DNA of 24,000 nucleotides from Metallosphaera sedula DSM 5348 (GTDB taxonomy: Archaea; Thermoproteota; Thermoprotei_A; Sulfolobales; Sulfolobaceae). How positions within the stretch are numbered: position 1 is the stretch's first letter; every line of letters starts with the position of its first letter. Under the pieces are notes generated by a model. It was not told where the DNA came from. It saw only the letters and a program-made list of their open reading frames with translations, and did no database searches. The translations under genes and the position numbers were made by a program. This document shows, piece after piece, positions 1 through 7,918 of this stretch. The stretch is taken from the NCBI RefSeq assembly GCF_000016605.1, contig NC_009440.1:1291789-1315788 (forward strand), read 5' to 3'.

Positions 1-2
1 TA

Positions 3-161
3 AGGGAACTATACGGGGCAAAGGGACTCCTCATTCCAGGTAGGGTTACCTTCGTGATTGATCCTGAGGGAAAGATCAGGTTAATTTATTCGTCACAAAT
101 GAATCCAACATCTCACGTGAAGGAAGCTCTGAAGGTTATACCTCCTGTACCTACAACCTGA
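3..161 (+). CDS. peroxiredoxin (Bcp/thiol-peroxidase family), C-terminal fragment; 5' end lies outside the window
   Basis: Frame 3 is open from the window edge: [52 protein letters not shown], with stop TGA at 159-161. The R.TFVID..GKI segment is typical of the C-terminal part of Bcp-type peroxiredoxins. The fragment is too short to see the catalytic Cys. Confidence 0.55.
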   Translation, partial: RELYGAKGLLIPGRVTFVIDPEGKIRLIYSSQMNPTSHVKEALKVIPPVPTT

Positions 162-233
162 AGTTCTAGGGAGGTTTTAAATGATAATTTACGCCACGGA
201 AACCTTATTTAGTTAGGATGAGAAATTCCATTG

Positions 234-653
234 ATGAGAACGGACATTCTTGTGTTCTTAGCTTATAAATATGCCAAAGACGGTAAAAAGGACGCTATTT
301 GCAGGGAAATGACGGACAGGAGGTTTGTGATTGTCTCGAGCAAAAAGACAACTGACCTGCTTCTTTACCTTATCTCCAAGAACATTGGGTTGAACGCTAT
401 GATGTACGTTGTGGACTCGAACACCCATGTCTCCTTTTCTAACGTTAACGACCTAAACGCATTAATAAAGGAGATCTCAATGACCTTGTATGATGACGAT
501 AATAAAACGTTTTTACAGAGCGTTGAAGACGACGGATCGTTCTTCTTTATGACAGAGAGAAAGGGGATATACGTACTCAAAAGGCTTGAGTCGGACGAGT
601 TCTATAAGATGTGTACCGGGGAGGAGAAGGGAGGATCCCATCCCCATGTGTAG
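234..653 (+). CDS. hypothetical protein (139 aa), no recognisable motif
   Basis: Long ORF. The track start at 231 is TTG, and ATG follows one codon later at 234. The stop lies 8 nt before the next ATG (662), suggesting co-transcription. I recognise no family signature. Confidence 0.45.
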   Translation: MRTDILVFLAYKYAKDGKKDAICREMTDRRFVIVSSKKTTDLLLYLISKNIGLNAMMYVVDSNTHVSFSNVNDLNALIKEISMTLYDDDNKTFLQSVEDDGSFFFMTERKGIYVLKRLESDEFYKMCTGEEKGGSHPHV

Positions 654-661
654 TGTTTTTC

Positions 662-1264
662 ATGATCGTGGACATTCAACATGTTGGGATTAGGGGATAT
701 GAAAGAGATTTAGGGTTGGATCTGGTTCTTCTTAACCCGTCATACAGGCTAGGTTGTCAGTGCTGTGTGGACGGTTTCTATCAACAGTATCTTTGGTCGA
801 GGGGAAGGAAGGGATACATACAGCTGGGTATTTACAATCCCAGGTGCAGGGTTCCAGTAGAGGTGGAACTGGAGAGGCAGATCAGGAAGGGGATTGTTGG
901 CGTGGTGTTGAACCCTGCAAACCACGGGTACTCCTTGAGGGAGGCCAAGAGGACAGTGGAGTACGTCAACAGGAAGAGGCTCAACCTCTACCTTTACACT
1001 AGGACGCTGTCACTTGAAGAACTTGAGGAATTGAATGACGGGCTTGACGTGAAGCTGGTGATCCTGGATCCTAGGGAAGAGATATCTCCGCTCTCTAGAG
1101 AGAGTAACGTTTACTTCAATGTCAAGGATTACTCGGGGGATTTACCAAGTAAGAGGGCAATACTAGCCACGTTTTACCCCTATGAGAGTGAGAAGGTGGC
1201 CAGGGAATTACTCTCAAGGTTTAGCTGGACTTTTGATAACTTGCTTGAACTGGTAAGTACATGA
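662..1264 (+). CDS. hypothetical protein with weak amidohydrolase/TIM-barrel-like features
   Basis: The track ORF begins at GTG 611 and overlaps the upstream gene. The internal ATG at 662 (MIVDIQHVGIRGY...) avoids that overlap. The MIVDIQH N-terminus and the GIVGVVLNPANHGY segment loosely resemble amidohydrolase-2 type proteins, but only one His of the usual HxH is present. Confidence 0.4.
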   Translation: MIVDIQHVGIRGYERDLGLDLVLLNPSYRLGCQCCVDGFYQQYLWSRGRKGYIQLGIYNPRCRVPVEVELERQIRKGIVGVVLNPANHGYSLREAKRTVEYVNRKRLNLYLYTRTLSLEELEELNDGLDVKLVILDPREEISPLSRESNVYFNVKDYSGDLPSKRAILATFYPYESEKVARELLSRFSWTFDNLLELVST

Positions 1265-1432
1265 ACTGGTAACTCACATGATGACAAGTTTTTCCGTCAA
1301 AGTAAGAGTAACTGAGCTCCGCCTTCAATTAGATCTTTAGTCTAACACGAGAAGAACTGGTGAGACGTTTCTCAATGAGCGACTTACTCATCGAGAAGTC
1401 CCACTGGGAGATACTGACGTAAGTGCACGCCC

Positions 1433-2062
1433 CTAGATCTTGAGCTGAACCTCCCTAGCCCTCCTTAGTTCTTCCATCATCTTCACAATGTCTGGGAAAG
1501 GAGTCAGTGCTTCAAGATGCTTCCTTCCATCTGATACTATCTTCACGGCCTGGGGATATATCTCGTTCAACCTCCTCAGCGCGAACGTCTTATCTGTGAC
1601 AAGACTTAGGCCAAAGTTGATATGTCTGGCCTCATCCTCTATTATGTGCTTTATTCCCTGAGTGAACCGCGTCAAGCCATATCTCTCTCCAGCGTTCCTG
1701 AGAACGTTTAGCCCGGTCGTGGCAAGAATTCCCTCAGTGACCAGGTGGAACCTGGTGACTATCCTCTGAATATCCCCGCTCTCAAAATCCTTCATAAGTT
1801 CGTCAAAGAAGTCAATATATGAGCTAGGTAGTTCCACTTCGGATAGTGGATCATCCCTGAAATAACTCTCAAAGAATTCGAAATGATCAAGCTCCTCCTG
1901 GTACTGCTGGGGTGAATATCCCCTCACGTTACCCACGAACTTCATGGATAGGGGCTTAAGAATGCTCCACCGGCTCATGTACCTCTTGGGATAAAAATGG
2001 GCTGATAAATACCTTATACCAAATCTGACCTCTTCAGGAATTTGATTCCAATTTAAGTCCAT
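1433..2062 (-). CDS. ferritin-like di-iron-carboxylate superfamily protein resembling the C-terminal half of ribonucleotide reductase R2
   Basis: The 209-aa ORF contains HLVTEGILATTG ... IIEDEARHINFG, i.e. E-x33-E-x-x-H, the same spacing as the second half-site of class I RNR R2. It has its own AT-rich upstream region, shared divergently with the fdhA-like gene. Confidence 0.55.
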   Translation of the reverse strand: MDLNWNQIPEEVRFGIRYLSAHFYPKRYMSRWSILKPLSMKFVGNVRGYSPQQYQEELDHFEFFESYFRDDPLSEVELPSSYIDFFDELMKDFESGDIQRIVTRFHLVTEGILATTGLNVLRNAGERYGLTRFTQGIKHIIEDEARHINFGLSLVTDKTFALRRLNEIYPQAVKIVSDGRKHLEALTPFPDIVKMMEELRRAREVQLKI

Positions 2063-2317
2063 ATGGATTACTGATTAAGATAAGCTAAAAACTTTTTTAT
2101 AAAAATAATTAAAATGGAACTTGGGTTGATGGAACTTGTTTAATGAAGAGATCATTTCAATGAATAACCGTTTAATAACCCTATCACTTAAGCTGGTTGG
2201 AGAAAATTAAATATGTCTAGCTTATTTAATTCGGATCATCAGTTGTTTATTTTCACATCGCATTTATCTAAAGTATATAAAATGTATATAAAGTTAAACA
2301 ACAATATAGAGATATGC

Positions 2318-2325
2318 TTTTAAAT
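2318..2325 (+). promoter_or_regulatory. TATA-like box for the fdhA-like operon (leaderless geometry)
   Basis: TTTTAAAT is centred about 25 nt upstream of ATG 2346. GGAGGT at 2339-2344 is too close to the ATG to act as a normal SD. Confidence 0.4.
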
Positions 2326-2345
2326 GTACCCAAGAAAAGGAGGTC

Positions 2346-5267
2346 ATGTCTCTCACGGTGAGGATAAATGATAAAGTATATTCCGCTAACCCTGGGGAGA
2401 CTATCATTGACGTTCTGAAAAGGAACAACATTTACGTACCCCACGTCTGCCTCAACGAGGGTCTAGTGCCCATAGAGAGCTGTGACACTTGTCTGGTCAG
2501 GGTAAATGGTAAGTTAATGAGGGCCTGTTCCACCAGGGTTGAGGACGGAATGACAATAACCACTAACGACGATAAGTCCAAAGGGGCTAGAAAGGAGGCC
2601 ATATCTAGGATACTTAGATATCACAAGCTATACTGCACAGTTTGCGAGAACAATAACGGAGATTGTGTCCTTCATGAGGCCGTGATTAAGGAGAAGGTCT
2701 TCCATCAAAGGTACGTTGAGAAACCCTACTCCCTAGATAATAGTGGGCCCTTTTACGTTTATGACCCTGCACAATGCATCCTTTGCGGGAGATGCGTCGA
2801 GGCATGCCAAGACTTCGCCGTAAATGAGGTAATATGGATCGACTGGAACCTGAATCCGCCAAGGGTGGTGTGGGATCAGGGTAATCCCATTGGAAATTCT
2901 TCCTGCGTGAACTGTGGGACCTGCGTCACAGTCTGTCCCGTTAATGCCCTTATGGAGAAGGGAATGTTGGGGGAGGCTGGACTCTTTACGTGGATAAACC
3001 CAGAGCTCAAGAAGAAGACAATAGAGGCAGTTGGGAAAGTTGAGGACAACTTTAGCTTGCTCATGACAGTGAGCGAACTAGAATCCAAGGCGAGACAATC
3101 ACAGATTAAGAAGACCAAGACTGTGTGCACTTACTGCGGAGTTGGTTGCTCCTTTGAGGTGTGGACTAAGGGAAGGAAGATCCTGAAGGTAGAGCCCAAA
3201 CCTGAGTCACCAGCGAACGGGATCCTGACTTGCGTCAAGGGTAAGTTTGGGTGGGATTTCGTCAATAGCCCAGATAGGATAACTAAACCACTAATTAGAG
3301 AGGGAGATCACTTCAGGGAAGCCAGCTGGGATGAGGCAATCCAGCTTGTTGCGAGGAAGTTTAAGGAAATCAAGGAGAGGTATGGCCCAGATTCCCTGGG
3401 CTTCATTGCCTCAGATAAAATGACCAATGAGGAGGCTTACCTCCTTCAGAAGCTAGCTAGGGCAGTTGTGGGCACGAACAACGTAGATAACTCCTCTAGA
3501 TATTGCCAATCTCCGGCTACAGTGGGTCTTTGGAGGACCGTTGGAATAGGAGGTGATTCCGGGACCATAAGGGACATTGAGAACGCTGATCTAATCCTCA
3601 TAGTGGGGCATAACACCACGGAAAGTCACCCCGTTGTGGGGAGTAAGGTTAAGAGGGCCCAAAAGATCAGGGGGGCCAAGATTGCCGTTATTGACGTCAG
3701 GAAACACGAGATGGCAGAGAGAGCTAACCTCTTCATCAGGCCCAAGCCAGGTACAGATGCAGCGGTCTTGGCAGGGGTAGCGAAGTATATCGTGGACCAG
3801 GATTGGGTGGATCACGAGTTCCTCAAGAGAGTTAATGGTTTTGAGGAGTTTAAGGAGACCATCAAGGGCTTCACGCTGGACTACGTTGAGAGCGTGTCTG
3901 GAGTGCCCAGGGAACAGATAATCAAACTAGCTGAAATGATACATCAAGCAAAGGGCGTAGCAGTGTTGTGGGGGATGGGTGTAACTCAGCACTTAGGTGG
4001 GGCTGACACTTCCACCATCATATCCGACCTTCTCCTATTAACCGGAAATTACGGACGCCCAGGAACCGGGGCTTTTCCCATGAGGGGGCACAACAACGTT
4101 CAAGGGGTCAGCGACTTCGGTTGTCTACCAAACTACATGGTAGGATACCAAAAGATGGAGGAGAGCGTTATGTCCAAGTTCGAGGACTCGTGGAGAACGA
4201 CCCTTAACAGAAAACCTGGCCTGCAGATACCACAAATGATAGAAGGGGTCCTCGAGGGAAAGATCCATGCCCTTTACGTCGTGGGAGAGGATACCGTGAT
4301 GGTTGACTGTGGAACTCCTCTTACTAGAAAGGCGTTGGAGAACGTGGACTTTCTTGTGGTTCAGGACATGTTCATGACAGAGACAGCGAAGTTAGCTGAC
4401 GTCATACTTCCAGCTGCGGCGAGTCTTGAAAAGGATGGGACTTTCGTCAACACAGAGAGGAGGATACAGCGGATCTACAAGGCCATGGATCCCTTAGGTG
4501 AATCAAAGCCTGACTGGGAAATAATCCAAATGATAGCTAACGCCATGGGAGCTAACTGGAACTATCATCATCCCTCGGAGATCATGGACGAGATCGCTAG
4601 GCTGACCCCAATATTTGCTGGCGTTTCCTATTCGAGGCTCGAGGGTTTCAATAGCCTGGTCTGGCCAGTGAACGAAGATGGAACTGACACCCCTCTGCTT
4701 TACGTGAATTCCTTCGCCACTCCTGATGGAAAGGCAATCCTCTACCCGCTGGAGTGGAAACCAAGACCGCTGAAGGATGAGGTACACTCCATAGTGGTAA
4801 ACACTGGAAGGGTACTTGAGCATTTTCACGGTGGTACAATGACTGGAAGGGTTGAAGGTCTTAGGAGAAAGTTCCCAGAAACGTTCGTGGAAATATCCAA
4901 GGAACTAGCTGAGAGGTACTCCATCAAAAACGGAGATCTAGTACTCGTTAAGTCAAAGTTTGGAGGGGAGATCAAGGCAAGGGCGCTGGTCAGCGAAAGA
5001 GTGTCAGGAGAGGAAGTGTTTATTCCCCTCTTTGCCTCAGAACCCTCAAAGGGTGTGAACAACTTGACAGGCCAAGAGTTTGATAAGGCTTCCGGAACTC
5101 CAGGCTATAAGGATACGCCCGTCTTGATCGAGAAGATATCCAGCGGTGAGGGAACTCCGTTACCAAGGGATAACTGGAGGTTTCACGTACAGGAGAGGAA
5201 GAGACAGATCGGGATTGAGGTGACCAAGAAATGGATGAGAGAGGAGTTCAAACCCTTGACAGAGTAA
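2346..5267 (+). CDS. fdhA: formate dehydrogenase alpha-subunit-like Mo/W-bis-PGD oxidoreductase with a NuoG-like N-terminal Fe-S domain (Cys type, no selenocysteine)
   Basis: 973 aa. N-terminal C-x10-C-x2-C-x13-C (2Fe-2S). HKLYCTVCENNNGDC (His/Cys 4Fe-4S). Two ferredoxin-type CxxCxxCxxxC(P) motifs (CILCGRCVEAC, CVNCGTCVTVCP). CTYCGVGCSF cluster at the start of the molybdopterin domain. GTNNVDNSSRYCQSPATVGL active-site segment. WGMGVTQH and PMRGHNNVQG motifs. Confidence 0.88.
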   Translation: MSLTVRINDKVYSANPGETIIDVLKRNNIYVPHVCLNEGLVPIESCDTCLVRVNGKLMRACSTRVEDGMTITTNDDKSKGARKEAISRILRYHKLYCTVCENNNGDCVLHEAVIKEKVFHQRYVEKPYSLDNSGPFYVYDPAQCILCGRCVEACQDFAVNEVIWIDWNLNPPRVVWDQGNPIGNSSCVNCGTCVTVCPVNALMEKGMLGEAGLFTWINPELKKKTIEAVGKVEDNFSLLMTVSELESKARQSQIKKTKTVCTYCGVGCSFEVWTKGRKILKVEPKPESPANGILTCVKGKFGWDFVNSPDRITKPLIREGDHFREASWDEAIQLVARKFKEIKERYGPDSLGFIASDKMTNEEAYLLQKLARAVVGTNNVDNSSRYCQSPATVGLWRTVGIGGDSGTIRDIENADLILIVGHNTTESHPVVGSKVKRAQKIRGAKIAVIDVRKHEMAERANLFIRPKPGTDAAVLAGVAKYIVDQDWVDHEFLKRVNGFEEFKETIKGFTLDYVESVSGVPREQIIKLAEMIHQAKGVAVLWGMGVTQHLGGADTSTIISDLLLLTGNYGRPGTGAFPMRGHNNVQGVSDFGCLPNYMVGYQKMEESVMSKFEDSWRTTLNRKPGLQIPQMIEGVLEGKIHALYVVGEDTVMVDCGTPLTRKALENVDFLVVQDMFMTETAKLADVILPAAASLEKDGTFVNTERRIQRIYKAMDPLGESKPDWEIIQMIANAMGANWNYHHPSEIMDEIARLTPIFAGVSYSRLEGFNSLVWPVNEDGTDTPLLYVNSFATPDGKAILYPLEWKPRPLKDEVHSIVVNTGRVLEHFHGGTMTGRVEGLRRKFPETFVEISKELAERYSIKNGDLVLVKSKFGGEIKARALVSERVSGEEVFIPLFASEPSKGVNNLTGQEFDKASGTPGYKDTPVLIEKISSGEGTPLPRDNWRFHVQERKRQIGIEVTKKWMREEFKPLTE

Positions 5268-5587
5268 TGGCTCAGCTCGTCGAGAGCGGGGAGGCCCTTG
5301 AGCAGTTCCTGAGGCTAGTGAACGCTCTCAACAGGTCTGGGATCCTCCCCTTCCTGATCGGACTGGCGGAAAACCTAGACGTCACGCTCTCCACACTGAC
5401 GGAACAGAACACTGGGCTAATCAAGACACTGAACGTGATATACGCTGCGCTTAACGGTGATGAGGAGGTGCAGGACGTGTCTCTCACCCAGATATTGAAG
5501 GAGTTTAACGACCCAGACGTTAAGAGAGGGCTATTGCTAGTGCTGAAGATACTTAAGGCGATAGGAAGTGCAAGTAAGCAAGGTTAA
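5267..5587 (+). CDS. DUF1641-family protein (small helical protein commonly encoded next to FdhA-like genes)
   Basis: ATG at 5267 overlaps the fdhA-like stop (TAATG, 5265-5269) and is in frame with the track ORF 5231..5587. The helical, Leu-rich sequence ends in NDPDVKRGLLLVLKILKAIG, typical of DUF1641. Confidence 0.65.
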   Translation: MAQLVESGEALEQFLRLVNALNRSGILPFLIGLAENLDVTLSTLTEQNTGLIKTLNVIYAALNGDEEVQDVSLTQILKEFNDPDVKRGLLLVLKILKAIGSASKQG

Positions 5588-6332
5588 CCTAGTCAAGGTG
5601 AAAGACGGACATACGGAGATAGACGAGGACTTCGTGGCAGTTGAGGAACCCCTGGAGATAGTTGTCTGTAATGGTGGATGTAAAACCTTCGCAATAGTCA
5701 TGAGAACACCTGGGAATGACCAAGAGCTTAGTCTGGGATTTCTCTACTCCGAGGGAGTTATTGATTCCATAGAAGATGTAGTGAAGGTAAAGCAGGAACT
5801 AAACAGGGTAGAGGTGTACCTAAGGGACGTGAAGAAACTTGAGTCCCGCCAGATAGTGGTTAACTCGAGCTGTGGGATATGCGGGAGAGCTCTCCTCTAC
5901 ACCTTGGACATCCTATCCACTAACGCTACTGTGAGCAGGGATGTGATCCTTTCGTTACCCGAGAAATTGAGAGAGAGACAGAGTGCCTTTAACGTGACAG
6001 GTGGTCTCCACGCTGCTGGACTTTTCACGAGGGAGGGGGAACTACAGTACCTCTATGAGGACGTGGGAAGGCATAACGCTGTGGACAAGGTTGTGGGGAA
6101 ACTACTCATGGAGAGAAAATTACCGGCTAACTCCAGTGTTCTCCAGGTTAGCGGAAGACTTGGATATGAGATCGTGAGCAAGGCAATTATGGCCGGGATA
6201 CCTGTAATAAGCGGAATATCTGCCCCCACTAGCTACGCAGTAAGGATAGCAGATAATGCGGGTGCAACACTGATAGGTTTCGTGAGGGGAAAAAGCTTTA
6301 ACGTATACTCTCATCCAGAGAGAATATCTTAA
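5568..6332 (+). CDS. fdhD: formate dehydrogenase accessory sulfurtransferase FdhD
   Basis: 254 aa with EEPLEIVV, the SSCGICG catalytic-loop motif and the GRHNAVDK motif. The GTG start at 5568 overlaps the DUF1641 gene by 20 nt, so the exact start is uncertain. Confidence 0.88.
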   Translation: MQVSKVNLVKVKDGHTEIDEDFVAVEEPLEIVVCNGGCKTFAIVMRTPGNDQELSLGFLYSEGVIDSIEDVVKVKQELNRVEVYLRDVKKLESRQIVVNSSCGICGRALLYTLDILSTNATVSRDVILSLPEKLRERQSAFNVTGGLHAAGLFTREGELQYLYEDVGRHNAVDKVVGKLLMERKLPANSSVLQVSGRLGYEIVSKAIMAGIPVISGISAPTSYAVRIADNAGATLIGFVRGKSFNVYSHPERIS

Positions 6333-7852
6333 CTCTTGAGACCGGCCTCCTTAGCCTCTGCCTCAGACTGACTCTCTCTCCAGGGCTCGGCCTTACTCGT
6401 GAACTTCACTTCGCTCTTTCTCCCTGCTAACTTCTTCGCTACTTCCTGGGCAAAGTTCAGGTCATACAACCTGGAGAACATTATTCTCTGCGCTGCGGGA
6501 CTTCCTGCTCCATGAACAGACTCTATCTGGAAAGCCACACCCATGCTCACGTTCTCCACGAGCCTGACCATCCTCAACCTATCCTCGGCCGTGAAGTCCT
6601 CAGCTCCCTGGAGGTACCTGGATATGTACTCCTTGAGTTTGGGGTTCTTTAGGTCCCATTCACTGGGGGCTGTTCCCACAATTCCTCCTGCTAGGTCTAT
6701 GGAAAGCTGTGCAATCTGGGATGGGAACCTAGCAACCAGGTGTTTCGTGACATTAGCGTGCATGGGGTTAACCCACCAGCAGTTATCACACATTTTCACG
6801 GCATTAAGGCTCGCAGCGATTCCAGCTGAGTACATGGTCTCGGTAAGGAAGATCATCTCAGTGAGCTTATCCTGAACGTGGGACGCCCTATCAACTCCAA
6901 TCTGCTTTGCTAGATCTGCACTTGCCCCTATGATCACGTCTCCGAGTCCGGCCTTACATCCACCATAACCCTGCCTGTGATAGGCAGAGAATATCTCAAC
7001 CAGGGTTCCCGTATACTCCCACTCACCTGCCAAGAAAACCCTGTTCATGGGGACGAACACGTTATCGAAGATCACTAGACCCTCGTGATTGTAGAAGTAG
7101 GGAAGTCCGTCTATCTCACCCTCCTCCATTCTCCTCGCATCATTCAGTTGCCTCCCCACGACTATCTTGACCCCTTCGGTATCTGTCGGGATCGCGAACG
7201 CAACTGCGTAATCCTTATCCTCCGGGCCCATTGCCCTAGTGGGTAGCACGACCATCTCTTCTGTTGCCGCTACTCCCGTAATGTTAGCCTTGGCACCTGA
7301 CACGTAAATTCCATCCTTTGTGACCTCGGTTATCCTGAGGTAAGCGTTCTTGTTGGGTTGCTGACTTGGTTTAAGGTTCCTAATACCCTTCGCGTCAGTC
7401 ATGGCTCCAGCAAGGGCAAGGTCATTCTTCTGAACGTACTTGAGATATTCCACAAATCTATCCCTCACCTCGGTTTTGCCCTTCTTGGCCATCATAGTGG
7501 TCACAATGTGAAGCGTGTTCAGGGAATCCCAACCAACGCATCTCTGGAAACATGCCCCTGTTTTATGGCTCAACTTTCTCAGCAACTTAACCTTAGCAGC
7601 CAGATCATCCGGTGATCTATGAATATGATTAAACCTGTTTATCTCCTCCTCTAGGTAGGGACTCCATGCCCTGCCTAACTCCTTTGTGTCCTCTTCCCAA
7701 GCAGCGTCAAATGTAGCCTTAAAGGACATTACAGAAGGCTTAAGGAAGGGATGCTTAGTCACGTCCTTGACTTCCCTGCCCATTACGTAAATCTCCACCT
7801 TTGACCTGTTACTTATGGATTGGAGATATTGCTCCCCTGTTCTGACGACCAT
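6329..7852 (-). CDS. abfD: 4-hydroxybutyryl-CoA dehydratase / vinylacetyl-CoA isomerase (AbfD family)
   Basis: 507 aa. The [10 protein letters not shown] (C-x3-C) and [12 protein letters not shown] (H-x6-C) spacings match the 4Fe-4S ligands of clostridial AbfD. Overall length and N-terminus (TGEQYL.S) fit the 4-HPA-hydroxylase/AbfD fold family. Confidence 0.88.
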   Translation of the reverse strand: MVVRTGEQYLQSISNRSKVEIYVMGREVKDVTKHPFLKPSVMSFKATFDAAWEEDTKELGRAWSPYLEEEINRFNHIHRSPDDLAAKVKLLRKLSHKTGACFQRCVGWDSLNTLHIVTTMMAKKGKTEVRDRFVEYLKYVQKNDLALAGAMTDAKGIRNLKPSQQPNKNAYLRITEVTKDGIYVSGAKANITGVAATEEMVVLPTRAMGPEDKDYAVAFAIPTDTEGVKIVVGRQLNDARRMEEGEIDGLPYFYNHEGLVIFDNVFVPMNRVFLAGEWEYTGTLVEIFSAYHRQGYGGCKAGLGDVIIGASADLAKQIGVDRASHVQDKLTEMIFLTETMYSAGIAASLNAVKMCDNCWWVNPMHANVTKHLVARFPSQIAQLSIDLAGGIVGTAPSEWDLKNPKLKEYISRYLQGAEDFTAEDRLRMVRLVENVSMGVAFQIESVHGAGSPAAQRIMFSRLYDLNFAQEVAKKLAGRKSEVKFTSKAEPWRESQSEAEAKEAGLKS

Positions 7853-7866
7853 GCAAGTTAATAGGG

Positions 7867-7884
7867 TTTAAAGTTTTTAAAGTT
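7867..7884 (-). promoter_or_regulatory. tandem TTTAAAGTT x2, TATA-like boxes upstream of the dehydratase gene
   Basis: TTTAAAGTT occurs at 7867-7875 and again at 7876-7884. The distal copy is centred about 27 nt upstream of ATG 7852 on the minus strand. Confidence 0.3.
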
Positions 7885-7918
7885 TAGTATAATGTTCTTT
7901 TAACTGAAACTCAAAAGT

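Noticed and set aside
1278-1315. Possible C/D-box sRNA (AUGAUGA at 1278-1284, CUGA at 1312-1315) in the convergent spacer
   Set aside because: Only 27 nt separate the boxes. There are no credible internal D'/C' boxes and no terminal stem pairing in the flanks, so this is most likely chance.
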